Source: Candidatus Aenigmatarchaeota archaeon (GTDB taxonomy: Archaea; Aenigmatarchaeota; Aenigmatarchaeia; CG10238-14; SCSR01). From it: a stretch of 64,000 bases of DNA. Made by a program: the position numbers and the translations under genes. The notes under the pieces were generated by a model that was not told where the DNA came from, did not search any database, and saw only the letters and a program-made list of their open reading frames with translations. The DNA lies in the NCBI GenBank assembly GCA_039000685.1, contig JAWBNW010000001.1, positions 14,655-78,654 on the forward strand, in the 5' to 3' direction. Positions 1-8,928 of this stretch are shown piece by piece. Every line of letters begins with the position of its first letter. Positions within the stretch are counted from its first letter, which is position 1.

Positions 1-911
1 ATTCCTTCCTATCCCAAAATGAAAAAATCTTGGATAATTTAAGAAATGATTTGGAACAAATAGAAAAACAGATTAAAGAAAATGAAAGCAAGAAGAGGAA
101 GTATGAAATATTGTTGATACAGCTCGAAGATTTGGAAGAAAAGAAAAAAAGGAGTGAGGTGTTGAAGAGAGAAACAGAAGAAATCAAATCAAGAATGAAA
201 GAAATAGAAGCAAAACTTGAAGGCAAAGATTTGGCAAGAATGGAAGAAGCTCTCAAGTCAATCATAAGCAAAGAAAGTGAAGTAAAAACAAGGCTTCAAT
301 CTTACGATTCGTTCATTCAAGAAAAAGAATTAAGGAAAAGGGAATACGAGGAAAAGTTGAAAGATCTGGAAAAACAGAATAGAGAAGTCAAAAAACTAGA
401 GCATTTGATAAGAGATTTGGAGATTTTCAGTCTCGCCCTTCAGCAAACACAGATTGAACTGAGGAGCAATTTTGTCGAGGCAGTGAATTACACCATGAAC
501 AAGCTTTGGAGCACTCTATACCCATACCATGATTTCGTCTCTGTTAGGTTGAATGCAGAAGAAGGAGACTATGTTTTGCAGTTGCAAGGAAGGGATGGTA
601 ATTGGATGAATGTTGAAGGTATAGCTTCCGGTGGTGAAAGGAGCATAGCTTGCCTTGCTTTGAGAATAGCTTTTGCCCTCGTGCTCGCTCCAACCATGAG
701 AATAATCTTTTTGGACGAGCCAAGTCACAATTTGGATCAAGTCTCTCTAAAAGTCTTTGCAACAACTTTGAAAGAAAAAATCAGCGAGTTCATCGATCAG
801 GTTTTCTTGATAACACATCAATCGGAGCTAGAAGATGCTTTGACAGGCAATGGCTACCTATTAGAAAGAGATAAGGAAAAAGACGGTGTGACAAAGGTTG
901 TTGCCTTATAA
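1..911 (+). CDS. rad50: Rad50 (SMC-like DNA repair ATPase), C-terminal portion; 5' end lies outside the window. The frame is open back to nt 3, and the track start at 30 is only an internal TTG.
   Basis: Long K/E-rich coiled coil. ABC signature SGGER (ASGGERSIACLALRIAF). Walker B IIFLDEPSHNLD. H-loop LITHQSE near the C-terminus. This is the typical Rad50/SbcC C-terminal head domain. Confidence 0.8.
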   Translation, partial: SFLSQNEKILDNLRNDLEQIEKQIKENESKKRKYEILLIQLEDLEEKKKRSEVLKRETEEIKSRMKEIEAKLEGKDLARMEEALKSIISKESEVKTRLQSYDSFIQEKELRKREYEEKLKDLEKQNREVKKLEHLIRDLEIFSLALQQTQIELRSNFVEAVNYTMNKLWSTLYPYHDFVSVRLNAEEGDYVLQLQGRDGNWMNVEGIASGGERSIACLALRIAFALVLAPTMRIIFLDEPSHNLDQVSLKVFATTLKEKISEFIDQVFLITHQSELEDALTGNGYLLERDKEKDGVTKVVAL

Positions 912-912
912 A

Positions 913-1611
913 TCATCTGAACAATTTTTCAGTCGGGTAAACAATTATTCCTTTACCAGATTTTATTTCAAATGGGTGCGAATCTGTGTCATGGTCCGTT
1001 GCTCTCATCTTTCTTATGGTTATCCCTCTTGGATATCCAGAAGAATAAGATAGCAATATTATACCATCTGAAGTGAATTCTTCTATTCCAAAAGATGAAA
1101 TAGAGTTGGAGCCTTCTGGAATTTCACAAGTGAGCAGAGCAGTACAATTCAATTTTTTGAGCAGTTTATCCAACTCAAGCAAGCTTCTTCTGATCTCCAA
1201 AGGTCTCTCGAAGAAAAGGCTTATAACTGTTATTGGGTCAATGACTATCCTCTCTGCCCCAACTTTTTCAACATTGTTTTCAATCAAATTCTTGAACTTT
1301 TCAAAATCATAGATGTCTGACTTTATGAGGAGAAGCTTTCCTTCTTTCTCTAGTTTTTCCAAAGGCCAGCCAAAAGTCAGGTTTATATATTTTTTTATCC
1401 TCTCGACATTTTCTTCTAAAGATATATACACACCTTTCTCTTTCTTTTCCAAAACACCATTGACCAAAAACTGCAAAGAGAGTATAGTCTTGCCTGATCC
1501 AGGACTGCCAGAAACAAGAATTGTAGAACCTTTAGGAAAACCGCCTTTAAGCAAAGCATCTAAACCTTTTATGCCAGAAGGAGTTCTTTCTATGGCATCA
1601 ACTTCTTTCAT
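913..1611 (-). CDS. KaiC-like RecA-superfamily ATPase (single KaiC domain, about 230 aa)
   Basis: GIKGLDALLKGGFPKGSTILVSGSPGSGKTILSLQFL...GVYISLEE matches the KaiC/RadA-paralog N-terminal pattern. Walker A GSPGSGKT. Walker B-like RIVIDPIT. Confidence 0.65.
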   Translation of the reverse strand: MKEVDAIERTPSGIKGLDALLKGGFPKGSTILVSGSPGSGKTILSLQFLVNGVLEKKEKGVYISLEENVERIKKYINLTFGWPLEKLEKEGKLLLIKSDIYDFEKFKNLIENNVEKVGAERIVIDPITVISLFFERPLEIRRSLLELDKLLKKLNCTALLTCEIPEGSNSISSFGIEEFTSDGIILLSYSSGYPRGITIRKMRATDHDTDSHPFEIKSGKGIIVYPTEKLFR

Positions 1612-1646
1612 AAATTAAATTTATTTTCAATAGTATAAGAATTAAT

Positions 1647-2234
1647 ATGGACAAATCGATAGAAACCATAAGAGGAGAGAAAACCCTCAAAGAATTTATT
1701 AAAAAACTCGAGCCAAAGAGTGTAGTTCTCTTTATCATCGATGCAAAGAAATACCATAAAATACATCCAAAACTTTTGCAGACCATAATAAAAGAAAAAT
1801 GTTTTGCAGGAATTTACATCACGATAAACAAGCCTTACAGTGCTTTGATCAAATACCTCAAAGAAAACAAAATAAACACGGATAACATATTTTTCATCGA
1901 TGCTATATCAAAGAGTGTTGGAGGGGAGATAAAAATGACAAAAGACTGTTTATTCATTCCTTCTCCCTCCCAACTAACTGATTTGGCAATAGCTTTAACT
2001 CAAGCTTTAGAAAGCATGGAACATAAGGAAAACAAATTCATTTTTCTCGATTCCCTTTCAACTTTATTAATCTATAACTCCTTTGAAGTTGCAGCCAAGT
2101 TCGTCCATTTCATAATCTCTAGGCTTAGACTGTTTGGTCTTGTCGGGATGATAATCTCAATAGAAAAACAAATAGATGAGAGAATGTTAAATATTTTAAT
2201 AGAGATGTGTGATAGGGTGGTTGAAGTCAAATGA
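1647..2234 (+). CDS. RecA/KaiC-fold-like protein lacking a P-loop (probably an inactive ATPase-like domain). It is divergently paired with the KaiC-like gene.
   Basis: Size and hydrophobic periodicity resemble KaiC/RecA-fold proteins. It has a hhhhD Walker B-like FIFLDSLSTLL. No GxxxxGK[ST] is present. The start is 35 nt from the divergent 913..1611 gene. Confidence 0.3.
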   Translation: MDKSIETIRGEKTLKEFIKKLEPKSVVLFIIDAKKYHKIHPKLLQTIIKEKCFAGIYITINKPYSALIKYLKENKINTDNIFFIDAISKSVGGEIKMTKDCLFIPSPSQLTDLAIALTQALESMEHKENKFIFLDSLSTLLIYNSFEVAAKFVHFIISRLRLFGLVGMIISIEKQIDERMLNILIEMCDRVVEVK

Positions 2235-2581
2235 TCGAAATCTTCTTTCAAATCTTAAGCTTGCTGAGCTCTGTTTTAGCTTTCATAACAGTAATTATGT
2301 TTGCTCGATCTAACATCAAGTTCACAAAAGGCGAATTGCAAGAAATAATCAATTATTTTGTTTGGGGAACTATATTCATGTTCGGTGCAATGGCGGCTCA
2401 ACTTCAAGTTGACCTCTTTAATTTGTCTGGCACACCAATAGATATGATAAAATATCTTCTATTGTTGATTGGTTTTTCATATTACTTATTAGCTTCCAAC
2501 CGAATTTACAAGATGTCAAAAGTCCTAGGGTTTGCTTCAGAAGAAATGCCAAAGAAACTGAAAAAAGTCCTTAAATCTTAA
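2231..2581 (+). CDS. Small polytopic membrane protein, start overlapping the upstream stop (ATGA)
   Basis: Three hydrophobic segments. Translationally coupled to the upstream gene. Confidence 0.4.
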   Translation: MIEIFFQILSLLSSVLAFITVIMFARSNIKFTKGELQEIINYFVWGTIFMFGAMAAQLQVDLFNLSGTPIDMIKYLLLLIGFSYYLLASNRIYKMSKVLGFASEEMPKKLKKVLKS

Positions 2582-2606
2582 TTTCAAGAAAAGTTTAATT
2601 TAAATT

Positions 2607-3017
2607 ATGAAGGCCCAAGTTGCTCTTGAATATTTAATGATAATTTCTTTTGCTTTGATGGTCTTGTTGCCTTACGCTCTTTATCTTCAAACAGCTTCCC
2701 AAAATTTAAAAGAAGACAACAATTTAGCCATAGCTTCCAATTCTCTGAAAAAAATAGGTCAGACAGCAGACTGGGTTTTTTCTCAAGGTGAGCCTGCCAA
2801 AATTACAATCTTGGTTCAAATTCCTGCTAACATTGAAGAAATTTCTTTTGACGGCAAAATGATGAACTGGAAAGTTAGGACTAGCGCTGGTCTATCAGAT
2901 ATTTACTACATTTCTTCGGCTAACTTGACAGGAAGCTTGCCAACAACTCCAGGCTATTACAATTTGCTGATTCAAGCTATCGGAAATGGGGTGAACATAA
3001 GTGTTAGCCCAAGTTAG
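2607..3017 (+). CDS. Archaeal type IV pilin-like protein (class III signal peptide)
   Basis: The N-terminus MKAQVALEYLMIISFALMVLLP has a short charged leader, Q/A, a conserved E, then a hydrophobic helix. Sequons follow (NLTGS). Confidence 0.55.
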   Translation: MKAQVALEYLMIISFALMVLLPYALYLQTASQNLKEDNNLAIASNSLKKIGQTADWVFSQGEPAKITILVQIPANIEEISFDGKMMNWKVRTSAGLSDIYYISSANLTGSLPTTPGYYNLLIQAIGNGVNISVSPS

Positions 3018-3390
3018 CATAGAATTTATTTCTTTGCTCTCATTCCTTTTCATTTTTTTATTCTTCACAATTTATCACAGTTCCAATCTTTACATTCAGA
3101 CAAACGCAGCAAGGATCTTGAAAGATGCACAAACAGTAAGCGATCAAATTGCTTCTGAAATAAACTTAGCCCTTAGAGCTGGGAGTGGCTACTCAAGAAC
3201 TTTCAATGTCCCAAATAAAATTTCCAATGCAATAGATTACAACATAACAGTAAAAGATTATCTTGTGATTTTGACTTGGAACGGTGGCTCCACACAATCT
3301 ATAATCTTGACAAGAAATATCAGTGGAGAAATATTGAAAGGTGAGAACTTGATAAGAAATTTGGATGGTGTGATTTATGCTAACCAATAA
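3001..3390 (+). CDS. Pilin-like protein (class III signal peptide-like N-terminus)
   Basis: MLAQVSIEFISLLSFLFIFLFF; overlaps the upstream gene by 17 nt. Confidence 0.45.
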   Translation: MLAQVSIEFISLLSFLFIFLFFTIYHSSNLYIQTNAARILKDAQTVSDQIASEINLALRAGSGYSRTFNVPNKISNAIDYNITVKDYLVILTWNGGSTQSIILTRNISGEILKGENLIRNLDGVIYANQ

Positions 3391-3859
3391 AGCCCAAGCC
3401 TTCACTTATGATTTTTTCATAGCTTTAGGTATTTTTTTTGTCGTGATGATTTTGGTGATGGGAAATTGGTACTTTTCAGCCGTTCAAACACAAGAAACCA
3501 TGGAAAAAAATTTAGCCTATAATATTCTACTTTCTGCATCTCAAGTTTGGTTTAAAGAAGGATTTCCAAAATATTGGAATGTTGACAATATAGTTGAGCT
3601 AGGTTTGTCCAATGACGGAAAGATAAATGAAACCAAAATGGAAATGCTGAACAATTCGATCGGATATCCCAAAGCAACTCTTTTGCTCAATCTTGGCAAT
3701 TTCAACTTGTGCTATGAAATTTATGACAAAACAGGAAATTTAATTTTTCGCTTTCCTCAAAATGCAGATCTTAATTCAGCAAAAAACATCTACAAGATTG
3801 AAAGAATTGGGATATTGAATGAGCAGCCTGTGAAAGTGAGGACTTTGATATGGAACTGA
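3377..3859 (+). CDS. Pilin-like protein
   Basis: MLTNKAQAFTYDFFIALGIFFVVMILV N-terminus; overlaps the upstream gene by 14 nt. Confidence 0.45.
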   Translation: MLTNKAQAFTYDFFIALGIFFVVMILVMGNWYFSAVQTQETMEKNLAYNILLSASQVWFKEGFPKYWNVDNIVELGLSNDGKINETKMEMLNNSIGYPKATLLLNLGNFNLCYEIYDKTGNLIFRFPQNADLNSAKNIYKIERIGILNEQPVKVRTLIWN

Positions 3860-5784
3860 AAGGTTTAGCTTTCACTGCTGACATTTTGATAGGTTTGACC
3901 TTAGCCATATCATTAATTCCTCTTTTCTATGTTGGAACAGAATCAAGCCATCCAGAAATTTCTTTTCAATCTTTAAGCTACCAAGCAAATGATTTGATAG
4001 AAGTGCTTGCAAATTTAAAAACAAGCTCTTTTTCCAACACACCAACAATCTCAAAACTCTTATCAGAGAAAATAATTTCAGAGACTGAACTGAACAAAAC
4101 TTTGCTAGACTTGATAGGAACTTTCTGGTATTCTGGTAATCAAAGCATCGCTTCAAATATAACAAAAGAAGTCCTGGAAGGTTTGACAGAAAAATGCTTC
4201 AGTCTCCAAACCCAGAATGAAACAATCTATTCATCTTGCTCATCTAATCCAAAAACAGTTTCTGTTGCTTACAGGTTGGAATCTGGCTATGAAATCGGAA
4301 AGCCGGTTTCTGGTTATGTGGCAAGGGCATGGGCAACAAAAGTGAGAAAAAACACAACCCAAATAATTATTTTCTATCCAGAAGGCTCAGGCTGGACTGC
4401 TCAAAGACTTGAAATCACGAAAAACTTTGCCTTACCAACAAACATAACAATCTACAACGCAACTTTGTATGTTTCAATCCATTTCGGAACTTCCAAATCC
4501 CAAGCCCAATTCGAGCAGCTTAAAATCAATGGTGTTCAAAAAAAGAATGATGTGAATTGGCTTTACTTGCAAGAAGAAGCTTTTGGTTGGGAAATTACTA
4601 CAGCAGCCTATGGTGTTGTTGACGTGACGAATGAAATTCAAGCAGGAAACAATTCAATTTACTTGGTGATAGGAACACCAAACTACCATTCTCACATTCA
4701 TCCAGGCATGAGGCTTATAGTGACTTACAGTTTGAGTCAAGAACTTTCAACAGGTAACAAAAGCTTCAAGAAGAGATATTATTTCGACAATGTGGTGGGG
4801 AGAACAGGTGCTTGGTCGATGGTCTCTTTCTATATCCCAGAAAATGCAAAAAATGCCACAGCTAGGCTTCATCTGAAAGCTTTAGAGGTCGATGATACTA
4901 AAGATTTGTTTGGAAGAAATTCCAGCGATGTGATAATTTATTTCAATTCAGACGACATCTTTTATAAAGACGGATATTGTTCTTCTCAAAATTGCTATCC
5001 TTCATGCAGTATTTCAGGTCTTTACTATAGAAACTGTCAAAAAGTTGGAGTGATGAATCCTGAGCTCTCATTAGATCTCACAAGCAATTTGACTAAAGGA
5101 ACAAATGTGATTTCAGTATATCTGAACAATTATGGTGACATTCACTGGGGAGATCAAAAGGCGATAATTTATTCAGATCTTTTGAATGACCCAGAAGGAT
5201 CTTCTTATGTTGAAGTCTCTTATGAAATGGAAGAACCAACTTTCAATTACGGTGAGATCGATATAACGAAAGAAATGTTGTTTGGAGGCTCTGCCAGCAA
5301 CCCAAAAACTTTCAATTTCACTCTAAGCCAAAATCAAATGAATGTTATAGAAGCTTTTGTCCACATAGCCCAGGGCTTCAGCAGCATGGTTAATGCTTCC
5401 ATAAACAACTTTTGGATCTTCACTTCACCTTCTATACGTGTCGTTCCTGAAAATGTTTATGTTTATCCAAACAAGCTCATCATCGGAACAAATTCAATCA
5501 AGCTTGTGGACTTTCAGCAAGGTGGCTCGATTTCAGGAACAAACTACATCTTGCCGTGGTCTTCTTTCGAATACACCTACCTCGTGAGAGGTTTGGTTGG
5601 CTATGGAAGTGTGTTCAATTCTTCTCAGCTTGCAATAGAAGATGCAAGACAAAGACTTCTTGCTCAAATGGGTGGCGAGGGAATAAAGCCGGAAGAGATG
5701 CAAGTCGACTCTCAAGCAGTTCAGGGCATAAGATGGCTTTGGGGTCCAAGCCTGTTCAAAATCTTGGTGTGGGAGAGAGAATGA
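3850..5784 (+). CDS. Large (644 aa) pilin-like or pilus-associated surface protein, a candidate tip adhesin
   Basis: N-terminus MELKGLAFTADILIGLTLAISLIP is a pilin-type hydrophobic helix. Many N-x-S/T sequons. Cys pairs sit in the middle. Overlaps the upstream gene by 10 nt. Confidence 0.45.
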   Translation: MELKGLAFTADILIGLTLAISLIPLFYVGTESSHPEISFQSLSYQANDLIEVLANLKTSSFSNTPTISKLLSEKIISETELNKTLLDLIGTFWYSGNQSIASNITKEVLEGLTEKCFSLQTQNETIYSSCSSNPKTVSVAYRLESGYEIGKPVSGYVARAWATKVRKNTTQIIIFYPEGSGWTAQRLEITKNFALPTNITIYNATLYVSIHFGTSKSQAQFEQLKINGVQKKNDVNWLYLQEEAFGWEITTAAYGVVDVTNEIQAGNNSIYLVIGTPNYHSHIHPGMRLIVTYSLSQELSTGNKSFKKRYYFDNVVGRTGAWSMVSFYIPENAKNATARLHLKALEVDDTKDLFGRNSSDVIIYFNSDDIFYKDGYCSSQNCYPSCSISGLYYRNCQKVGVMNPELSLDLTSNLTKGTNVISVYLNNYGDIHWGDQKAIIYSDLLNDPEGSSYVEVSYEMEEPTFNYGEIDITKEMLFGGSASNPKTFNFTLSQNQMNVIEAFVHIAQGFSSMVNASINNFWIFTSPSIRVVPENVYVYPNKLIIGTNSIKLVDFQQGGSISGTNYILPWSSFEYTYLVRGLVGYGSVFNSSQLAIEDARQRLLAQMGGEGIKPEEMQVDSQAVQGIRWLWGPSLFKILVWERE

Positions 5785-6746
5785 GAGGAATATTCTTCAG
5801 TTTGATGATAATTTTTCTAATGGCCTGCCTACTCATGTTTCTTTCTGTTCAGAGGTCCATGTTATCTTTTTACTCTTCTCAAAGAGCAATTGAAAATAGG
5901 ATAGAATCTATGCTGAACTTTTATGAGAGTGTGATTTATGACTCAAGAAAATCTATGGAAATCATGGCACAAAGGGCAGCTTGTTCAGCAATAAACTATG
6001 TGGTAACCACAGGCTCTCCCTTACATTCTTCAAACGAGTCTATAGCAGAGCTCATATTGGAAGGAACAATTAATTCTGAGATCCAAGGCCTGATGGAAGG
6101 ATCTACTACCAAAGATTGGGAAGAGAGCATAGAATATTTGGGAAGTCTTCAAGGATTTGGGGCCGAAGTCAATATCAAAGACTTATTGATAGAGCTCGAA
6201 GACAGTTACCATCTTTCCATCTCTTACACTATTCTCCTAGACCTTTATGATGATAATGTCAAGACAAACCTTACAAAAAGCTCAAGAGAAAAAATAATCG
6301 TAAGCATAGAAAATATGGAAGATCCTCTCTATCCTTTGAACACTTTAGGCAGAATAGTCAATGTCATAAGACCGAGCCCACATTGGCTCAACTACTCTAG
6401 CGAAGACACTACAAATTTGAAGGACGATTTAGACAATTCTTACTATCATCCCAGCTTATATGGAGCAAGTTTTCTGGATAGGCTTGAAGGCAAGTTCTTC
6501 GTTCAAGAAAAGTACTCCAAACCAAACCCAATCGGGTTGGAAAGTTTTGTCAACAAGGACAAAATCCTCAGCGCAGGCTTGCCGATAGATACTTACGCTA
6601 CAAACATAGATTATCTTTACTTCTCAAAAAGTGGTGTGGTCGCTTATTCTATTTTCAACATGCCTTCTAATTTTAGATTAGACAATGAGACTAGTCTTGA
6701 AGGGAAGACCCACCTTCAAATATACAATGTCACGGTGATTGAATGA
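5781..6746 (+). CDS. Membrane-anchored pilin-like or secreted protein (321 aa). The start at 5781 overlaps the upstream stop (ATGA).
   Basis: The track ORF 5556..6746 has an implausible N-terminal extension. The in-frame ATG at 5781 gives MRGIFFSLMIIFLMACLLMF, a signal-anchor helix, and overlaps the 3850..5784 stop. Confidence 0.4.
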   Translation: MRGIFFSLMIIFLMACLLMFLSVQRSMLSFYSSQRAIENRIESMLNFYESVIYDSRKSMEIMAQRAACSAINYVVTTGSPLHSSNESIAELILEGTINSEIQGLMEGSTTKDWEESIEYLGSLQGFGAEVNIKDLLIELEDSYHLSISYTILLDLYDDNVKTNLTKSSREKIIVSIENMEDPLYPLNTLGRIVNVIRPSPHWLNYSSEDTTNLKDDLDNSYYHPSLYGASFLDRLEGKFFVQEKYSKPNPIGLESFVNKDKILSAGLPIDTYATNIDYLYFSKSGVVAYSIFNMPSNFRLDNETSLEGKTHLQIYNVTVIE

Positions 6747-7480
6747 AATTAAAATACAAAATTTCACTCACAGCCCTGATGTTAATAATATTAGGTTCCC
6801 TAATCTTGGGTCCAAAAGAGTTTAAGCAAGCCCTTTTTCAATATTTTGAGGGAGGCAAAGGAGAAGAAAGCACTTCAGTTCAAAATTTAACTCAAAGTCA
6901 AACTGGTCAAACGAGCGAGACTAATTACTCTACAAACCCACCCCAAGAAGGTGGAGGAGGTGCTGGGGAAACAACCAAAGAAGAAGGACAAGCAGCAAAA
7001 GCAATAACCCTTGAAATCACAGACATTTGTTCAGGAAAGCTTGACCTATTCACCATTTCAGAAGGTGCTACTAAATGCTTGAACAGAAAATATCCGTATC
7101 AAATAATCCTTGAAAAAAATTCAACCCATTTGACAACAAGTTTTTATGGCTTAAGCGGGTTTGAGGAAAGCTATGAGCTGAACGAAACTATTCTACTATT
7201 CTTCATCTTTGCCGAGGATGTGGCGAGCGTGAGCCATGAGATTCAATCTTTCAGTTTAGAAGGAAGTCAAGATTTCAGTTTAGGTCAATATTATCTTCAC
7301 ACAATCTGGGAAAGAGATGCTGCTGGAAACTTGGTGATCTCAAAGATGATAGCAATTTTGCCTTTGCAAGTAAACGGCAATATTATGAGCAGTGATTGGA
7401 AAGAGCTTAAATTCTATCTGAATATACCTAACAAAACTTATTATTTGGGCAACCTTTGGGTCTTAGTGAAAGAAAAATAA
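6743..7480 (+). CDS. Secreted or membrane-anchored protein with a Q/T/G-rich linker, last gene of the plus-strand pilin-like operon
   Basis: N-terminal TM MKLKYKISLTALMLIILGSLILG. Low-complexity segment QSQTGQTSETNYSTNPPQEGGGGAGETT. ATGA overlap with the upstream gene. Confidence 0.4.
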   Translation: MKLKYKISLTALMLIILGSLILGPKEFKQALFQYFEGGKGEESTSVQNLTQSQTGQTSETNYSTNPPQEGGGGAGETTKEEGQAAKAITLEITDICSGKLDLFTISEGATKCLNRKYPYQIILEKNSTHLTTSFYGLSGFEESYELNETILLFFIFAEDVASVSHEIQSFSLEGSQDFSLGQYYLHTIWERDAAGNLVISKMIAILPLQVNGNIMSSDWKELKFYLNIPNKTYYLGNLWVLVKEK

Positions 7481-7491
7481 AAGAAAAAAAG
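7481..7491 (-). terminator. Oligo-T tract (CTTTTTTTCTT on the minus strand) immediately after the pilin stop codon
   Basis: Archaeal intrinsic terminators are T-runs. Here T7 follows the TAG. Confidence 0.35.
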
Positions 7492-7902
7492 CTAAGACGC
7501 TCCATGTAAAGTTGCATTAAGACTGCTCTCTATACCGCTAGCAACATCTATGAAGGTTACTTTCACTTCTACATCTCCAGCAAAGCAACCACTGCAAGGT
7601 ATGGAAAGTCTTGATTGTGGTTTTCCATTTAGAGGTACATCAAAGGTGTTTGAACCTTTTGAAGTATCAACTCGTGTAACATTTATTTCTCTTGGTCCTA
7701 CAATCACTGAAAGGGTATTAGCACCATGATAGTCATACGTAATTGCTGCGCCAGGCGGGAAACATGGACTGCAAGGCCCACCGATACCACCACCAGGCAA
7801 TCTGAAAATACCCATTGCGTACAAAGCTGCAACCACTGCAATTACTATCAAGATTGCCCATCCGTATGTCATCAAAAACTCAAGAGCCGCTTGTGCTTTC
7901 AT
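7492..7902 (-). CDS. Archaeal type IV pilin (probable major pilin)
   Basis: MKAQAALEFLMTYGWAILIVIAVVAAL is a textbook archaeal pilin N-terminal domain (class III signal peptide). Short 136 aa protein with a Gly/Pro/Cys-rich tail. It has its own putative promoter. Confidence 0.65.
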   Translation of the reverse strand: MKAQAALEFLMTYGWAILIVIAVVAALYAMGIFRLPGGGIGGPCSPCFPPGAAITYDYHGANTLSVIVGPREINVTRVDTSKGSNTFDVPLNGKPQSRLSIPCSGCFAGDVEVKVTFIDVASGIESSLNATLHGAS

Positions 7903-7940
7903 AATTATATTTTATTTTCCCGCCTTTTAAAGCTATAGAG
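7903..7940 (-). promoter_or_regulatory. Putative archaeal BRE/TATA promoter for the major pilin gene
   Basis: Minus-strand sequence ...CTATAGCTTTAAAAGGCGGGAAAATAAAATATAATT-ATG. The TATA-like TTTAAAA sits about 25-30 nt upstream of the start, probably on a leaderless mRNA. Confidence 0.3.
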
Positions 7941-8928
7941 TTGCTGCTGGGACAAGGAAGCCTATGAGGCCTGAGAGAGCAAGTCTTGCCATGAAATAGA
8001 TTGTTAGGTTGATTGCCAAGAGCAAGGGGATGTATTTCAAACCAGCTTTTTCCTTTCCCTCTTGCAACAAACCTATGAGCAAGCTGCCAAAAATCGATGA
8101 AAAAATCAAGGTTAGCAGACAATAAGCTCTGATGAAATCTGAAGAAACTTTAACTATACCAAGCTTCAAGCTTCCCATGGTCATGTAGCTTGCAGCTTCT
8201 TCTATTCTCAGCTTGCTTCCGATTGCACTCATGGTCTCAACCAAATAGGAAGAAAACGCAAATAGGACAGGGGAGGCAAAACCAACGGCTATGAAGATGA
8301 AAATGGCATACATTCCAACTTGTGCTGCTATCTCTTTTTTCAAGAGCTTGAGATCCCTTATGTCTTCAGCTGTTTGTTCGAGCAAACTTGCTATCTCCCC
8401 ACCTTTTCTCATACCTTCAACTATCAAGTTGAATGTCCTGTTTATTATCCTCGACCTAATTTTCTTTCCTAAAGAAAGCAAAGCATCTTCCAAGGCTTCA
8501 CCAGCTATTGCTTTTGTGGCAGCCATCTTAATCTCTTTTTCCAAAACACCAAACTCCGGTCTAGCAGAATAAAGCAAAGCCTTGTCTGGAGTTAAACCTG
8601 AGCGAATGTTTGCTGCCATTAGCTGCAGGGCATCAGGAAGGACAGATTCAGCAAAGCTTCCTCTCTTATCACCTATCAATATTAAAATAAGATCAATTAT
8701 CAATTGAATTCCAATGAAAACCAGGGGAATCAATAGCAGGATTACCCAACTAAAAACAAAAACAAGGGGAAGCAACAAGAATGAAAAGGCAAGAGAGTAA
8801 AGAAAAGATAAGGACAAGAATTTTTCCATTCTTATCTCAATCCCAGCATACTCTAAATTCTGCTCTAACCATTTCACGTACTTCTTCGGATAAATCCACC
8901 TTATTCTTCTATAAGCTCTCTCTATCAT
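7933..8928 (-). CDS. FlaJ/TadC-like pilus platform membrane protein (second half of a split FlaJ)
   Basis: T2SS-F-like topology: TM pair, cytoplasmic helical domain, TM. Overlaps the upstream half by 4 nt. Confidence 0.6.
   Translation of the reverse strand: MIERAYRRIRWIYPKKYVKWLEQNLEYAGIEIRMEKFLSLSFLYSLAFSFLLLPLVFVFSWVILLLIPLVFIGIQLIIDLILILIGDKRGSFAESVLPDALQLMAANIRSGLTPDKALLYSARPEFGVLEKEIKMAATKAIAGEALEDALLSLGKKIRSRIINRTFNLIVEGMRKGGEIASLLEQTAEDIRDLKLLKKEIAAQVGMYAIFIFIAVGFASPVLFAFSSYLVETMSAIGSKLRIEEAASYMTMGSLKLGIVKVSSDFIRAYCLLTLIFSSIFGSLLIGLLQEGKEKAGLKYIPLLLAINLTIYFMARLALSGLIGFLVPAATL

Noticed and set aside
5556-5780. N-terminal 75 codons of track ORF 5556..6746
   Set aside because: That stretch overlaps the upstream gene's 3' end in another frame and is non-hydrophobic. 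The ATG at 5781 overlaps the upstream stop (ATGA) and starts with a signal-anchor helix, so it is the more plausible start.
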